53,400 nt of DNA from positions 1 through 53,400 of the forward strand of contig DATHIZ010000451.1 in assembly GCA_035316385.1 (NCBI GenBank), read 5' to 3'. The notes beneath the pieces are model-generated. The model did no database searches, was not told the DNA's origin, and saw nothing but the letters and a program-made list of their open reading frames with translations. Numbering within the stretch: the first letter of the stretch is position 1; every line of letters begins with the position of its first letter. The position numbers were made by a program, and so were the translations under genes. Source of the stretch: Bryobacteraceae bacterium. Lineage in GTDB: Bacteria > Acidobacteriota > Terriglobia > Bryobacterales > Bryobacteraceae. Of the stretch, positions 17,139 to 26,662 are shown piece after piece.

Positions 17139-18383
17139 ATGATGTCAGATTTATCCCGCCGAAACTTCATCGGAACATCCGCATTGGCCGGCACCGCTCT
17201 AGCCGCGAGTAACGAGCAAGCCGGCGCCAGTGTTGCTCTGGAAAAATCCGATCGCGACTACTGGGTCTCGGTCCTCACTCGTGTCGCCTATCCCGTCCTC
17301 TCGGCGCTTAGTCAGAAGCGGCTAAAGGCGGTTATGCCGGTGGAAGCACCCCACAATAACGTCGCCGACCGGAGTCAATACACTTACTTAGAAGCTCTGG
17401 GACGTCTGTTGGCGGGAATAGCCCCCTGGCTCGAAAACACAGACAGTAACGGATCTGAAGGACAGCTCAGTCAAGAGTATTCCGATCTTGCGCGCCAGGC
17501 GATAGCATCCGCCGTTGACCAGTCATCTCCCGATTACATGAACTTCGCCAAAGGCCAACAACCTGTCGTGGACACGGCCTTTCTTGCTCTGGCGATATTG
17601 CGTGCACCCACGGAGCTTTGGGAGAAACTGGACCGCGGCACGAAGGTGAAATTGATTGAAGCGATGCGTTCGAGCAGAGCGATTCTACCAGGATTCAACA
17701 ATTGGCTGTTGTTCAGCGCGACGGTGGAAGCATTTCTCTGCTTTGCCGGCGAGCAGTGGGATCCGGTGCGGATCGATTATGCAATCCGCCAGCACGAAGA
17801 ATGGTACAAAGGCGACGGCGTTTATGGCGACGGGCCGCAGTTTCACTGGGACTACTACAACAGTTTCGTTATTCATCCGATGTTGCTGGAGGTGATGACA
17901 ACGGTGTCCAAACGATCGAAGGCATGGGAGTCGCTCGAACCCGCGATTTTGGCGCGCGCACAACGTTACGCCGCTATACAAGAACGCATGATCGGTCCCG
18001 ATGGAAGCTATCCCGCGATCGGCCGCTCGCTCGCCTATCGCTTTGGCGCCTTCCATCTTCTTGCAACGATGGCCCTCCGTAGGCAACTGCCCAGCGGCGT
18101 TAAACCGGAGCAGGTGCGCTGCGCTATGACGGCGGTGATCCGCCGGATGATCGAGGCGCCCGGTACATTCGACAAGCAGGGCTGGTTGACGGTGGGCTTT
18201 TGCGGCCACCAGCCATTGACCGGCGAAAGCTACATCTCAACCGGCAGCCTCTATCTTTGTTCCGCGGCATTACTCCCGCTCGGTCTGCCCAATGCGGATC
18301 AGTTCTGGAGTGCCCCACGCCAGCGGTGGACTTCGCAGAAAATCTGGAACGGCGAAGATATCCCTACAGATCATGCCATCTGA
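17139..18383 (+). CDS. Tat-signal DUF2264-like protein
   Basis: Twin-arginine signal MMSDLSRRNFIGTSALAGTALAAS. The motifs EEWYKGDGVYGDGPQFHWDYYNSFVIHPML and GRSLAYRFGAF match my recollection of the DUF2264 family. Function unknown. Confidence 0.6.
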   Translation: MMSDLSRRNFIGTSALAGTALAASNEQAGASVALEKSDRDYWVSVLTRVAYPVLSALSQKRLKAVMPVEAPHNNVADRSQYTYLEALGRLLAGIAPWLENTDSNGSEGQLSQEYSDLARQAIASAVDQSSPDYMNFAKGQQPVVDTAFLALAILRAPTELWEKLDRGTKVKLIEAMRSSRAILPGFNNWLLFSATVEAFLCFAGEQWDPVRIDYAIRQHEEWYKGDGVYGDGPQFHWDYYNSFVIHPMLLEVMTTVSKRSKAWESLEPAILARAQRYAAIQERMIGPDGSYPAIGRSLAYRFGAFHLLATMALRRQLPSGVKPEQVRCAMTAVIRRMIEAPGTFDKQGWLTVGFCGHQPLTGESYISTGSLYLCSAALLPLGLPNADQFWSAPRQRWTSQKIWNGEDIPTDHAI

Positions 18384-18577
18384 GGTAGCCGAATCTTTGT
18401 AAACGTCCGTTCCATGTCCCTGTACGACCGTCGGTTGAGATACGCCGGAACGCCTCAAACATAAGGCGGACCCTCCCGGGCTTGCAGTTCAGGACCTCAC
18501 GGATCACGCACATGACCTGACTCCTCTTAAACCGTCGTTCATCTGATTCGCGGGGTGATTTGAACAAGCGAGGAGTC

Positions 18578-19523
18578 CTACACCTTCGACTTTCGGCCTT
18601 CCCGGATCCGGCCAAGGTTCTCCGGATTCATGAATGCTGGTAGGGGATGCGAACCGGTCAGCGCCGAATAGAACTCGTTCGTGGCGTCCAGGTTGCCGTG
18701 CAGGGCTGCAAAGAGCCGCTGCATGTGTGGCGGCGCCGGTTCCCACGTCGCCAGCTGACAGGTAAAGTCGTACATTGGCTTGGCGCGCCGATCGCGGCTC
18801 GACTGATACCCGGCTAGCGCACCATCCAGCGGGCGCCGCCCGGACCAACCATCATCCAGTGCGGTGGTCAGATTCTCCGCATCGACAAGGCATCGCTGGT
18901 CCCCTGAGCCGTGATCGGATCCTTGTCGCAACCCGAGTCGCCGACGAGTGCCCAACCCGGACCGAACGGCTGAGGGAAATAGTTGGGGACGCCGGCCGTC
19001 CCGAACCACCTCTCTTCGCGCTTTGCGCGCTGCAGCCGGTCTGCGACGCTCGGTGTGGACTCAAGCACCCTTCTGACGTGGCGCTCGATATCAGCGCGTA
19101 TCTCTTCGAACCTGCTGCTGGGCCACAGCACAGCAATGAGGGTGAGACCGTCGTGCGTCGGGAAGCGACCAACGGCCTGGTAATCGCGGACGTACTGCTC
19201 AAGATCGTCGGCCGCGAATGCGCTGTAGTAGCTGCACTCGCTGGTGGCGAAAGCCGTCCGAGCCCCGGAGTACGACGTGAAGGCGCCGCTCACCACGAAC
19301 TGCTACAGAGGGCGATTGGCGGGCAACCGGTCGCGGCTAGTCGATCGAGCAATCCCCAGCGGTCCATGATCTGGGCGCCGTGCGGCCAGGTGATGTGCGT
19401 GGAAATTGTGTCGCTCGGAAAAGTGGCCTTATCGACCAGCAAGATCCGATAGCCCTTCCGGGCCAGGAGCATCGCTGCCGGAGCGCCGGCGCATGGCGCG
19501 CCGACGATGATGGCGGCAAACAT
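18578..19523 (-). pseudogene. FAD-dependent oxidoreductase (geranylgeranyl reductase/monooxygenase-like), frameshifted and internally deleted
   Basis: Three minus-strand frames carry consecutive parts. The N-terminus is MFAAIIVGAPCAGAPAAMLLARKGYRILLVDKATFPSDTISTH (the GxGxxG FAD fold, 19290..19523). The middle is ...THDGLTLIAVLWP...FGPGWALVGDSGCDKDPITAQG (18868..19296). The C-terminus is DAENLTTALDDGWSGRRPLDGALAGYQSSRDRRAKPMYDFTCQLA... (to 18578). Roughly 100 aa between the first two parts appear to be missing. Confidence 0.7.
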
Positions 19524-19724
19524 CGTCGCCTCCCATTACGTGTCTCGCTCGTGTTGTTGGAACATCTAGATTGGCCATCAACGGTTCGCTTCAGCAACCT
19601 TCCGCTGTTGATCTACGGGGTAATCCCTCGCAATCAAGTTTGCGACGAAGGCGACCATGGCGCTTCGGTGAAACTACCCAGCCTAGGAATTAAGAAATCG
19701 GTAGTTTCCGCCAGGTCAGAGTAG

Positions 19725-20044
19725 TCAGAAGAGCTTGTGACCATAGGCGTACGCCGTGGCGGCGGTGCGCGACCGCACGTCGAGCTTGGTTAGGATATTG
19801 GTGACGTGACGGTTGATCGTGCGCGGTTCCTTGAAGCGGGTTTGACCGGCGTTGCCGGCGCATCGAGGCGAGCCACATCAGGCTGGGCCCCCAGCCGTTC
19901 GAAGACGGTACTCGCCGCCTGGTGTTCAAGCCCTGCCGCCTCGTCGTCGCCGAGAGCACGACACGCGTGCCCGATGAGCACGCGCACCCGCGCCACCAGA
20001 AATGTCCAACGCGAGATGAGCCTGAAGGACGGATTCGATTCCAA
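19725..20044 (-). pseudogene. C-terminal remnant of a LuxR-family (large ATP-dependent/TPR type) regulator
   Basis: One frame gives ...[41 protein letters not shown] second frame gives ...[31 protein letters not shown], which is the recognition helix and end of a LuxR HTH. The start of the HTH and everything N-terminal are absent. Confidence 0.55.
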
Positions 20045-20080
20045 TGGGGGATGAGCCTGAAAAGGGGAAGCTACTGATGA

Positions 20081-20533
20081 ATGCGAGTCAGCATGCAGAA
20101 CCTGGAAAAGCTCAGCTTGAGCGAAATGGAGGACTTACTGGCGAGCAGCCGGGAAATGACCTGGAAGGCCGAAAGCGCCGAGGCAAAATACGTCTTCATC
20201 GCCGCCGTGCTGAAGCAGCAGAGCTACGGCAAACTCAGCAAGGGCGAGCGTGGCATGGTGCGGCGGTTTCTGGAGAAGGTGACGGGAGCCAGCCGGGCGC
20301 AACTCACGCGCCTGATCGCCCAATGGATGGACCGGCGCACGATTACGCGGAAAGCGCCGCACCGGCCGAGCTTTGTGACACAGTACCAACGCGCCGACAT
20401 CCAGCTATTGGCCGCCACGGACGCGGCGCACGAAGATCTCAGCGGACCGGCGCTACGGCGTATTTTGCGGCGCGAATTCATCGACGCTGTAAAACTCAAC
20501 CCGGAGGACCAGGTGGCCGCGGCCCGGTATTGA
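20081..20533 (+). mobile_element. Truncated N-terminal fragment of a DDE/rve-type transposase (ISNCY-like from memory; family not verified)
   Basis: The 150-aa ORF MQNLEKLSLSEMEDLLASSREMTWKAESAEAKYVFIAAVLKQQSYGKLSKGERGMVRRFLEKVTGASRAQLTRLIAQWM...AATDAAHEDLSGPALRRILRRE matches the N-terminal HTH region of a transposase family I recall. The catalytic domain is missing. I identified no inverted repeats. Confidence 0.55.
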
Positions 20534-20539
20534 GATAAT

Positions 20540-21107
20540 CTGTCACTAGCTGACATTGCAAAGGGCTTGGCGACGGAGGTGGCGGCGGTGGCAGTGAACT
20601 ACGCCTCGAGCCGTGAAGGCGCCGATAACGTTGTCGACGCGATTACGAAGGCTGGCGGCACGGCTGTTGCGGTGCTAGGCGATCTTGCGAATGCCGCGGA
20701 CATGCAGCGCATCTTTGCAGAGACCACGCATGAAGCAGTGACGCACTTTGGAGAGGCAAACGGAAGCATTATCAACATTGGCTCGGTAGTCACCTCGATC
20801 ATCCAACCGGGAGGCGTGATCTACACGGCAACCAAGGGCGCTGTGGACTCCATCACGTTGACGCCGCGAAGGAGTTGGCTCGAAGAAGATCCGCGTCAAC
20901 TCTCTCAATCCCGGCATGGTGGACACGGAGGGCACGCGTACGGTTGGCTTCATCGGCTCGGAGCTCGAGAAATGCGCTGTCGCTCAGACACCGCTTGGCC
21001 GAGTCGGGCAGCCAGACGACATCACACCCATCGCGGTGTTCCTGGCCTCAGACGATTCAGCCTGGCTGACCGGCGAGATACTTTTAGCCTCCGGCGGTCT
21101 CCGGTAA
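20540..21107 (+). pseudogene. Short-chain dehydrogenase/reductase remnant (5'-truncated, internally deleted, at least 2 frameshifts)
   Basis: It starts inside the family at ...IAKGLATEVAAVAVNYASSREGADNVVDAITKAGGTAVAV, so the TGxxxGIG N-terminus is absent. It jumps to GSIINIGSVVTS...[14 protein letters not shown], so the NNAG region is absent. Frame changes between about 20858 and 20885 lead to [17 protein letters not shown]...[37 protein letters not shown]. Confidence 0.65.
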
Positions 21108-21119
21108 GCAACCGACTTA

Positions 21120-21401
21120 CTACTTTTCGTCGGCCGATGGCCCGTACATTCCGGGTACCGCCACATCAAGTAGTCGCAGATAGACGCTCAGTTGACCCCG
21201 ATGGTGGATCATGTGGTTCATCACCGTTGATTATCGCGGCAGCGAAACTTGGCATGCCGCTAAATGGTTCGCCAGCTTGCCTAGACTGGAGGATTTTTTA
21301 TGGGGCGTCCATGCGAATTTGTCTGCCGGGATGCACTCCAAAATCTTGCGGGTGTTCGCCATTTCCTGATCGAATTCGGAAACTAAAGATGCGATACTCA
21401 T
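21120..21401 (-). pseudogene. DinB-family protein remnant with internal deletion
   Basis: My manual minus-strand translation gives MSIASLVSEFDQEMANTRKILECIPADKFAWTPHKKSSSLGKLANHLAACQVSLPR*. A different frame then gives ...MNHMIHHRGQLSVYLRLLDVAVPGMYGPSADEK*. These are the N- and C-terminal helices of a ~160-aa DinB/YfiT-like protein. About 70 aa in between are missing. Confidence 0.6.
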
Positions 21402-21464
21402 TTGGCTTTGGGGGACGCCACGCCGGAATTCCTAACGGAGGAACACCGGCGCGGCAGCGAGCAG

Positions 21465-23072
21465 TTACTCTACGCCTTCTTTAGGCAGGGCGCTCGACAG
21501 AAACTCACCAACGTCGTGGTGCAACTTTGTGTGGGAATCGCTGTCGATGTAAAGCATGTGGCCGGCTTGATAGAAAGCCCAGGAGATGCGTTTATGCATG
21601 TCGGGATTGAGGCCCATGTGATTGAACGTGTATTGGACGGCGTAGAAGGGTGTGGCCAGATCGTAGTAACCCGCGGCCACCAGCACCTTCATATACGGGT
21701 TCTTCGTAAGAGCGTTCTTCAGCAGGCTAGTGGTATCGCCAAAGCCGTTCTGCACGCCGTAGTCCCAAGGCTGAACGCCGCCGCTCGGGTAATAATACAT
21801 GTCGGTCTTGTAATTCAGTTCGGTCCGCATGTAATTCGTGAAAGCGGCGGTAAAGGGCGGCGTAATTTCGGTGCTGGATGGGTCGAATTCGCTGGTCTCG
21901 CCGGTGTTGCGCGAAGAAGCTCCTGTTAGACGTCCATCGTAGCGGCCGATCGTTTGTTCCTTGTTGCGCAAAAGCTCCCGGGCGAAGTGAGATACGTCAA
22001 AGCGTAGATTGCTTTCTTCAATGTAGCGAGCTTCGAGGCCGGTGTAGTGCACGAGTTTCTCGACGATGGTTTTACGCTCGTCGGCGGGGAGTTCGTCACC
22101 CTTGGCTAGAGCTGCGGCGTATTCGCCCATTGCAAAAGTCTCCGCGTCCTTTAGAAAGGACTTCAAATCTTTCTTTTGCAGATCGGGAGAGACCTTTTTG
22201 TGATACCAGGCGTCAGCCGCATAGGTGGGAAATTCGAGCTGGTACACGAGATCGTCACTGCGGCTCCAGATGGTTTCGAGATTGAGCGTGGTGCCAATCA
22301 GCACGATGCCATTGAAGGCCAGCCCGCGGTCAATCAGATAGCCGGCAAGACCGGCAGCACGGAACGTGCCGTAGCTTTCACCAGCGATAAAAAGCGGGGA
22401 AAGTTCGCGGTTGTTGCGGGCAACATAGAGACGCATGAACTCGCCCACGGATTGGATGTCGCCATTGACGCCATTCATGCGGCGCGCAATCTCAACGGAA
22501 TTGGCGCGGCTATAGCCGGTACCCACGGGGTCGATAAAAACGAGGTCCGTCATATCGAGCCAGGTATCCTGATTGTCCTTTAGCTGAAAGGGCGGCGGGG
22601 GCATCCTGCCATTCGGCATCAACTTTGGACTGCGCGGACCCATGCCACCCATGTGCACCCACATGGACGCCGAGCCAGGACCACCGTTAAAACAGAAGGT
22701 CAAGGGACGCTTGGGCGCCTCCGGGCCGCCGTCCAACGTATAGGCCATATAGAAGATATGTGCCTCGGTTTCTCCGGCTGGATTCTTCAACGGCATTTGG
22801 GCTACGGTGGCGGTGTAGTTGATCGTTTTTCCGCGGACGGTGATGGAGTGATGTGTCACCACCGGCGTTTCATCCACTTCTCCGCCCACAGCGGGACCGG
22901 GGCCGGCGATACCTGCCCGTCCACTCCGTCCCGCAGGCGCAGGAACTGCGGGCGCTGGGGGTGCGGCCGGAGTTGCGGGACGAGCGGTTTGCGGGGCAGC
23001 CTGTCTGGCTGGCACTGGGGCGGACGTTGGCTCCTGTCCGATGAGGAGAAGTAGAAGTGGAAAAATCAACAT
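21465..23072 (-). CDS. Secreted serine carboxypeptidase, peptidase family S10
   Basis: S10 motifs FNGGPGSASMWVHMGGMGP and the catalytic-Ser motif AGESYGTF. A His-region context lies near AFYQAGHMLY. Signal peptide followed by an Ala/Pro-rich linker (PAPAVPAPAGRSGRAG). Confidence 0.82.
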   Translation of the reverse strand: MLIFPLLLLLIGQEPTSAPVPARQAAPQTARPATPAAPPAPAVPAPAGRSGRAGIAGPGPAVGGEVDETPVVTHHSITVRGKTINYTATVAQMPLKNPAGETEAHIFYMAYTLDGGPEAPKRPLTFCFNGGPGSASMWVHMGGMGPRSPKLMPNGRMPPPPFQLKDNQDTWLDMTDLVFIDPVGTGYSRANSVEIARRMNGVNGDIQSVGEFMRLYVARNNRELSPLFIAGESYGTFRAAGLAGYLIDRGLAFNGIVLIGTTLNLETIWSRSDDLVYQLEFPTYAADAWYHKKVSPDLQKKDLKSFLKDAETFAMGEYAAALAKGDELPADERKTIVEKLVHYTGLEARYIEESNLRFDVSHFARELLRNKEQTIGRYDGRLTGASSRNTGETSEFDPSSTEITPPFTAAFTNYMRTELNYKTDMYYYPSGGVQPWDYGVQNGFGDTTSLLKNALTKNPYMKVLVAAGYYDLATPFYAVQYTFNHMGLNPDMHKRISWAFYQAGHMLYIDSDSHTKLHHDVGEFLSSALPKEGVE

Positions 23073-23098
23073 TTTGTCAATGATAAACGATGGATGCT

Positions 23099-23686
23099 CT
23101 ACAAACGGACAACTGCCTCTAAATACATATCCAGATGCGCTTGTGCGTTCAGTAGAGCATCGGACTTACGTTCCAGCCTTGCGATCATGAGCGCTCCTTC
23201 CAGGCAGGAGATGACGACGTTGGCCAATTTTTCCGGTTCCGTTTCGGGATTCACCTCTCCGCGCTCGATACCTTCCTGAATGATGCCTATCAGTCTGGCC
23301 TGCCATGCATGCAGAGCTTTGGCCGCGTGCTTCCGCAGTACCGGATTTCCATCATCGGTATCGACGGCGGTATTTAGCAGGGGACAACCTCCTGGAATAG
23401 GGGAGCGTCTTTCCACAAAGTTTGCAATTAGCTTTCTTAGTTTGTCGACGGAGTTCTTTATCCCGGCTACATCATGTGAACGTAGTTGGACGGCTTCGTT
23501 CCAGGCAAAATCAAACGCCGCGGCGGCCAATTCTTCTTTGCTCGAAAAATGCCGGTAGATTCCGCCTTTCTCCAGGCCGGTTACCTGCATAATGTCGGAC
23601 ATCGAACTGCCTTCGTATCCGCGCTGGTTAAAAAGCTTGGCGGCCTCGGCAACTACGCGATGCCGGGTCTGTTCACCTTTGGTCAT
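23099..23686 (-). CDS. TetR/AcrR family transcriptional regulator
   Basis: N-terminal TetR HTH (TRHRVVAEAAKLFNQRGYEGSSMSDIMQVTGLEKGGIYRHFSSKEEL) and an all-helical C-terminal domain. Its stop lies 26 nt upstream of the S10 peptidase gene start. Confidence 0.9.
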   Translation of the reverse strand: MTKGEQTRHRVVAEAAKLFNQRGYEGSSMSDIMQVTGLEKGGIYRHFSSKEELAAAAFDFAWNEAVQLRSHDVAGIKNSVDKLRKLIANFVERRSPIPGGCPLLNTAVDTDDGNPVLRKHAAKALHAWQARLIGIIQEGIERGEVNPETEPEKLANVVISCLEGALMIARLERKSDALLNAQAHLDMYLEAVVRL

Positions 23687-23744
23687 TCGTTTTTACTGTC
23701 TTTCCAAATAAGACTATACGGTCGCTTTTATGATATCGTCGTAG

Positions 23745-24629
23745 CTATTTGCGGCTGAGTTCCAATTCCGAGCCAATGAAGCCCCAAGAGTTCCATGCGT
23801 TTCCCGTCACTACGTTTTGAAACAGCTCATGCGCTCGAACTGGATTCGTGTTGGTATACAGATGCCGGTTCCCGACGCCATAGCTAACAGTGTTGAACGA
23901 TAGTTCGGATTCCGTGTCCGTTGGATCGGCTGGTTTGCGCGGCAATACATCATTTTCCGAAATGACGCCCTGGTAAAAGCGCAGCAGCCGCAGGTAAAAA
24001 TAAAGGTGAGGCTCCTGGTTCTTCATAGCTGGTGTGATTCTAGAAAGCACACTGGCTGCAGCAGCGGTTTGCCCGGCGCGGCACAACGAGACGTAAACCC
24101 AGTTGGAACAATCGATGATGCTGTCGTTGCTGTTGGCTAAATCTAACGCCCGCTGAAATCGCTCCGCCGCTTGCGGAAATTCTCGAAGGAAGTAATGGGC
24201 CATACCCAGGTGATATTGCGCATCAAGCATCTTCGGATTGATTTCGACAGCCCTTTGTAAGTCCGCCAGGGCCTGCTTGAATTCGCGCAGGCCCAATTCG
24301 CGATGTCCCCGCTCCAAGAACAGATCCGCATTGTTGGGAGCTGACTGGAGGCCCGCCGTACAGGTGGCCACTGCCTCGCGATATTGCCGCTTGGCGGCTT
24401 GCGCTTTGGAGAGCTTCAGCACTAAATCGACATTCTTTGGATCGGCGGCCAAGCTCTTCCGGGCTGCCGCGATAGAGCCATCCGTATCCGGCAGCGCGTA
24501 CAGCTTCCGGCCAAGGCCGGACGTGACCTCAAATAGATTCTCCCGCGAAGCAGCGTGGCTCCGCGCCGGAAATGCGCTAAGACACAACAGAAGGGACGCG
24601 TAAAAGGCTCTGGATAGCGTAGAAATCAT
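23745..24629 (-). CDS. Secreted tetratricopeptide (TPR) repeat protein
   Basis: Signal peptide MISTLSRAFYASLLLCLSAFPARSHA from the ATG at 24629 (the ORF track starts at GTG 24647). Several TPR-like units are present (AKRQYREAVATCTAGLQSAPNNADLFLERGHRELGLREFKQALADLQRAVEINPKMLDAQYHLGMAHYFLREFPQAAERFQRAL). Confidence 0.72.
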   Translation of the reverse strand: MISTLSRAFYASLLLCLSAFPARSHAASRENLFEVTSGLGRKLYALPDTDGSIAAARKSLAADPKNVDLVLKLSKAQAAKRQYREAVATCTAGLQSAPNNADLFLERGHRELGLREFKQALADLQRAVEINPKMLDAQYHLGMAHYFLREFPQAAERFQRALDLANSNDSIIDCSNWVYVSLCRAGQTAAAASVLSRITPAMKNQEPHLYFYLRLLRFYQGVISENDVLPRKPADPTDTESELSFNTVSYGVGNRHLYTNTNPVRAHELFQNVVTGNAWNSWGFIGSELELSRK

Positions 24630-24652
24630 TTCTACGGAGTATGCCACAGGAA

Positions 24653-25369
24653 CTAGCGATGATTGAGTCCACCGTCAACAGCCAGGATCTGGCCGGTAAT
24701 AAACGTTGGGGCAGTGAGGAAAAAGATCACTGCGTCGGCGATCTCTTCGGGCTTCCCTGCTCTTTGCATGGGCGTAGCGTCGATCATTGCCTGCACTCTG
24801 GCGTCAACGTCATTATCAAAAGGGATCACTCCAGGAGCAACGGAGTTCACGGTGATTTGCGGAGCAAAGGCTTTCGATAGGGCCTTGGTCAACATGATGA
24901 CGCCGGCTTTCGATGCGCAGTAGTGAGCGTGTTGCGCCCACGGCCGGATGCCGCCTAGCGAACTAATATTGACGATGCGGCCGGAGCCTAACTGCTTCAT
25001 CTGGCGGCCGGCTTCCTGACAGCAGAAAAACGTAGCTTTCAGATTGACGTCGTGAATAAAATCCCAATCGGCCTCGGTCACGTCGAGCGGGTCGATGCGC
25101 GTGAACCGCGCGGCGTTATTGACCAGGCAGTTTAGAGGACCCATCTGGGTTTGCACGTCGTGAAAGAGACGGCGGATCTCATCCACCTTCGCCAAATCAG
25201 CCTGAAAGATGGGCGCGCCGCCGCATTCCCGCGAAACGGCTTCCGCCTCGGCGCGTGAATTGCCGTAGTGAATCGCAACGGAGAAACCGTGGCGCGCCAG
25301 TTCCATGGCGATGACGCGGCCAATGCGCTTCGCTGCCCCCGTTACCAGAACAGTTTGTCCGCCCGGCAT
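24653..25369 (-). CDS. SDR family oxidoreductase (pteridine-reductase/FolM-like subgroup by N-terminal motif)
   Basis: VLVTGAAKRIGRVIAMELARHGFSVAIHY (the TGxxxRIG cofactor motif), NNAA, and the catalytic YCASKAG (YxxxK). It starts 2 nt after the hemL stop. Confidence 0.85.
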   Translation of the reverse strand: MPGGQTVLVTGAAKRIGRVIAMELARHGFSVAIHYGNSRAEAEAVSRECGGAPIFQADLAKVDEIRRLFHDVQTQMGPLNCLVNNAARFTRIDPLDVTEADWDFIHDVNLKATFFCCQEAGRQMKQLGSGRIVNISSLGGIRPWAQHAHYCASKAGVIMLTKALSKAFAPQITVNSVAPGVIPFDNDVDARVQAMIDATPMQRAGKPEEIADAVIFFLTAPTFITGQILAVDGGLNHR

Positions 25370-25371
25370 AG

Positions 25372-26637
25372 CTATGCGGTTGGGACGAAGTCGCGGATGG
25401 CTTGCCTGGTGTACGCGATATCGTCATGAGTGTGCGCCGTCGAGAGAAAGGCCGCTTCAAATTGCGAAGGCGGAAAGTACACGCCGCGATTCAGCAGGTG
25501 ATGGAAGAACTTTCCGAAGAGCGCAGTGTCCGATCGCTTGGCATCCTCGTAATTATTGACCGGGCCGGCGTTAAAGAAAAAAGTCAGCATGGAACCGACG
25601 CGATTGACGCACATGCCGGAAGGAACGTGCGCGGTCAGTTCGGCGGAAATACGTTCCAGGGTGCTGTAAGTTTCAGGATGATTTTCCAGGTAGCGCAGCA
25701 TGGCAATTCCGGCCGAGACTGCCAGCGGGTTGCCTGATAGTGTTCCAGCCTGATAAACAGGACCCACCGGCGCAATCTTGTTCATGATGTCCGCACGCCC
25801 GCCGTAGGCTGCTATAGGCAAGCCGCCGCCGATGATTTTCCCCATGGTGGTGAGGTCGGGCTGAACGTTGAACAGCTGTTGAGCGCCGCCGCGGCTGACG
25901 CGGAAGCCGGTCATGACTTCATCAAAGATGAGGAGCGCTCCGTATTTTTGAGTAATGCGGCGCAGTCCTTCGAGAAAACCAGGCGCGGGCGGAATGCACC
26001 CCATGTTGCCGGCCACCGGCTCCACGATGACGCTCGCGATGCGGTCGCCTTGCCGCTCGAACGCCGTCTCCACCTGATCCAGATCGTTGTAAGGCAGCGC
26101 AATCGTGGTATCGGAGAACGCTTTAGGGACGCCCGCAGTATCGGGGAGGCTCAACGTGGCGACGCCGGAACCGGCTTTGACCAGGAGCGAATCGACGTGA
26201 CCGTGATAGCAGCCTTCAAACTTGATCGTGAGATCGCGCCCGGTGAAGCCGCGGGCGAGACGAATGGCCGTCATGCAGGCCTCGGTGCCGGAGTTGACCA
26301 GACGCACCATTTCAACAGAAGGAACGGCGGAGATGATCAGTTCGGCGAGCTCGACTTCACGGCCGGTGGGCGCGCCGAAACTGGTGCCCAGTTCCAGAAC
26401 CGACGTCAGGGCTTCAATTACCGGCTTGGGACGGTGCCCCAGGACAAGCGGCCCCCAGGAGCCGATGTAGTCGATGTACTCATTGCCATCGACATCAAAG
26501 AAGTGGGACCCCTCGCCGCGAGCGATGAAGCGGGGCGTGCCGCCAACGGCGCGAAACGCGCGTACGGGCGAGTTGACTCCACCGGGAATCGATTGCTTAG
26601 CCCGGGCAAAGAGGGTCTCTGACTGTACTGTATCCAT
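25372..26637 (-). CDS. hemL: Glutamate-1-semialdehyde 2,1-aminomutase
   Basis: N-terminal signature [18 protein letters not shown], class-III aminotransferase core ([22 protein letters not shown]) and PLP-Lys context TMGKIIGGG. 421 aa. Confidence 0.95.
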   Translation of the reverse strand: MDTVQSETLFARAKQSIPGGVNSPVRAFRAVGGTPRFIARGEGSHFFDVDGNEYIDYIGSWGPLVLGHRPKPVIEALTSVLELGTSFGAPTGREVELAELIISAVPSVEMVRLVNSGTEACMTAIRLARGFTGRDLTIKFEGCYHGHVDSLLVKAGSGVATLSLPDTAGVPKAFSDTTIALPYNDLDQVETAFERQGDRIASVIVEPVAGNMGCIPPAPGFLEGLRRITQKYGALLIFDEVMTGFRVSRGGAQQLFNVQPDLTTMGKIIGGGLPIAAYGGRADIMNKIAPVGPVYQAGTLSGNPLAVSAGIAMLRYLENHPETYSTLERISAELTAHVPSGMCVNRVGSMLTFFFNAGPVNNYEDAKRSDTALFGKFFHHLLNRGVYFPPSQFEAAFLSTAHTHDDIAYTRQAIRDFVPTA

Positions 26638-26662
26638 ACGTATATGTGTCAGAACCCGGCTG

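Noticed and set aside
20567-21484. The 305-aa ORF in the track, considered as an intact gene.
   Set aside because: Only its first ~95 aa are SDR-like. The rest is Arg/His-rich out-of-frame read-through. The genuine SDR C-terminus is in another frame (20916..21107), so it is treated as a pseudogene.
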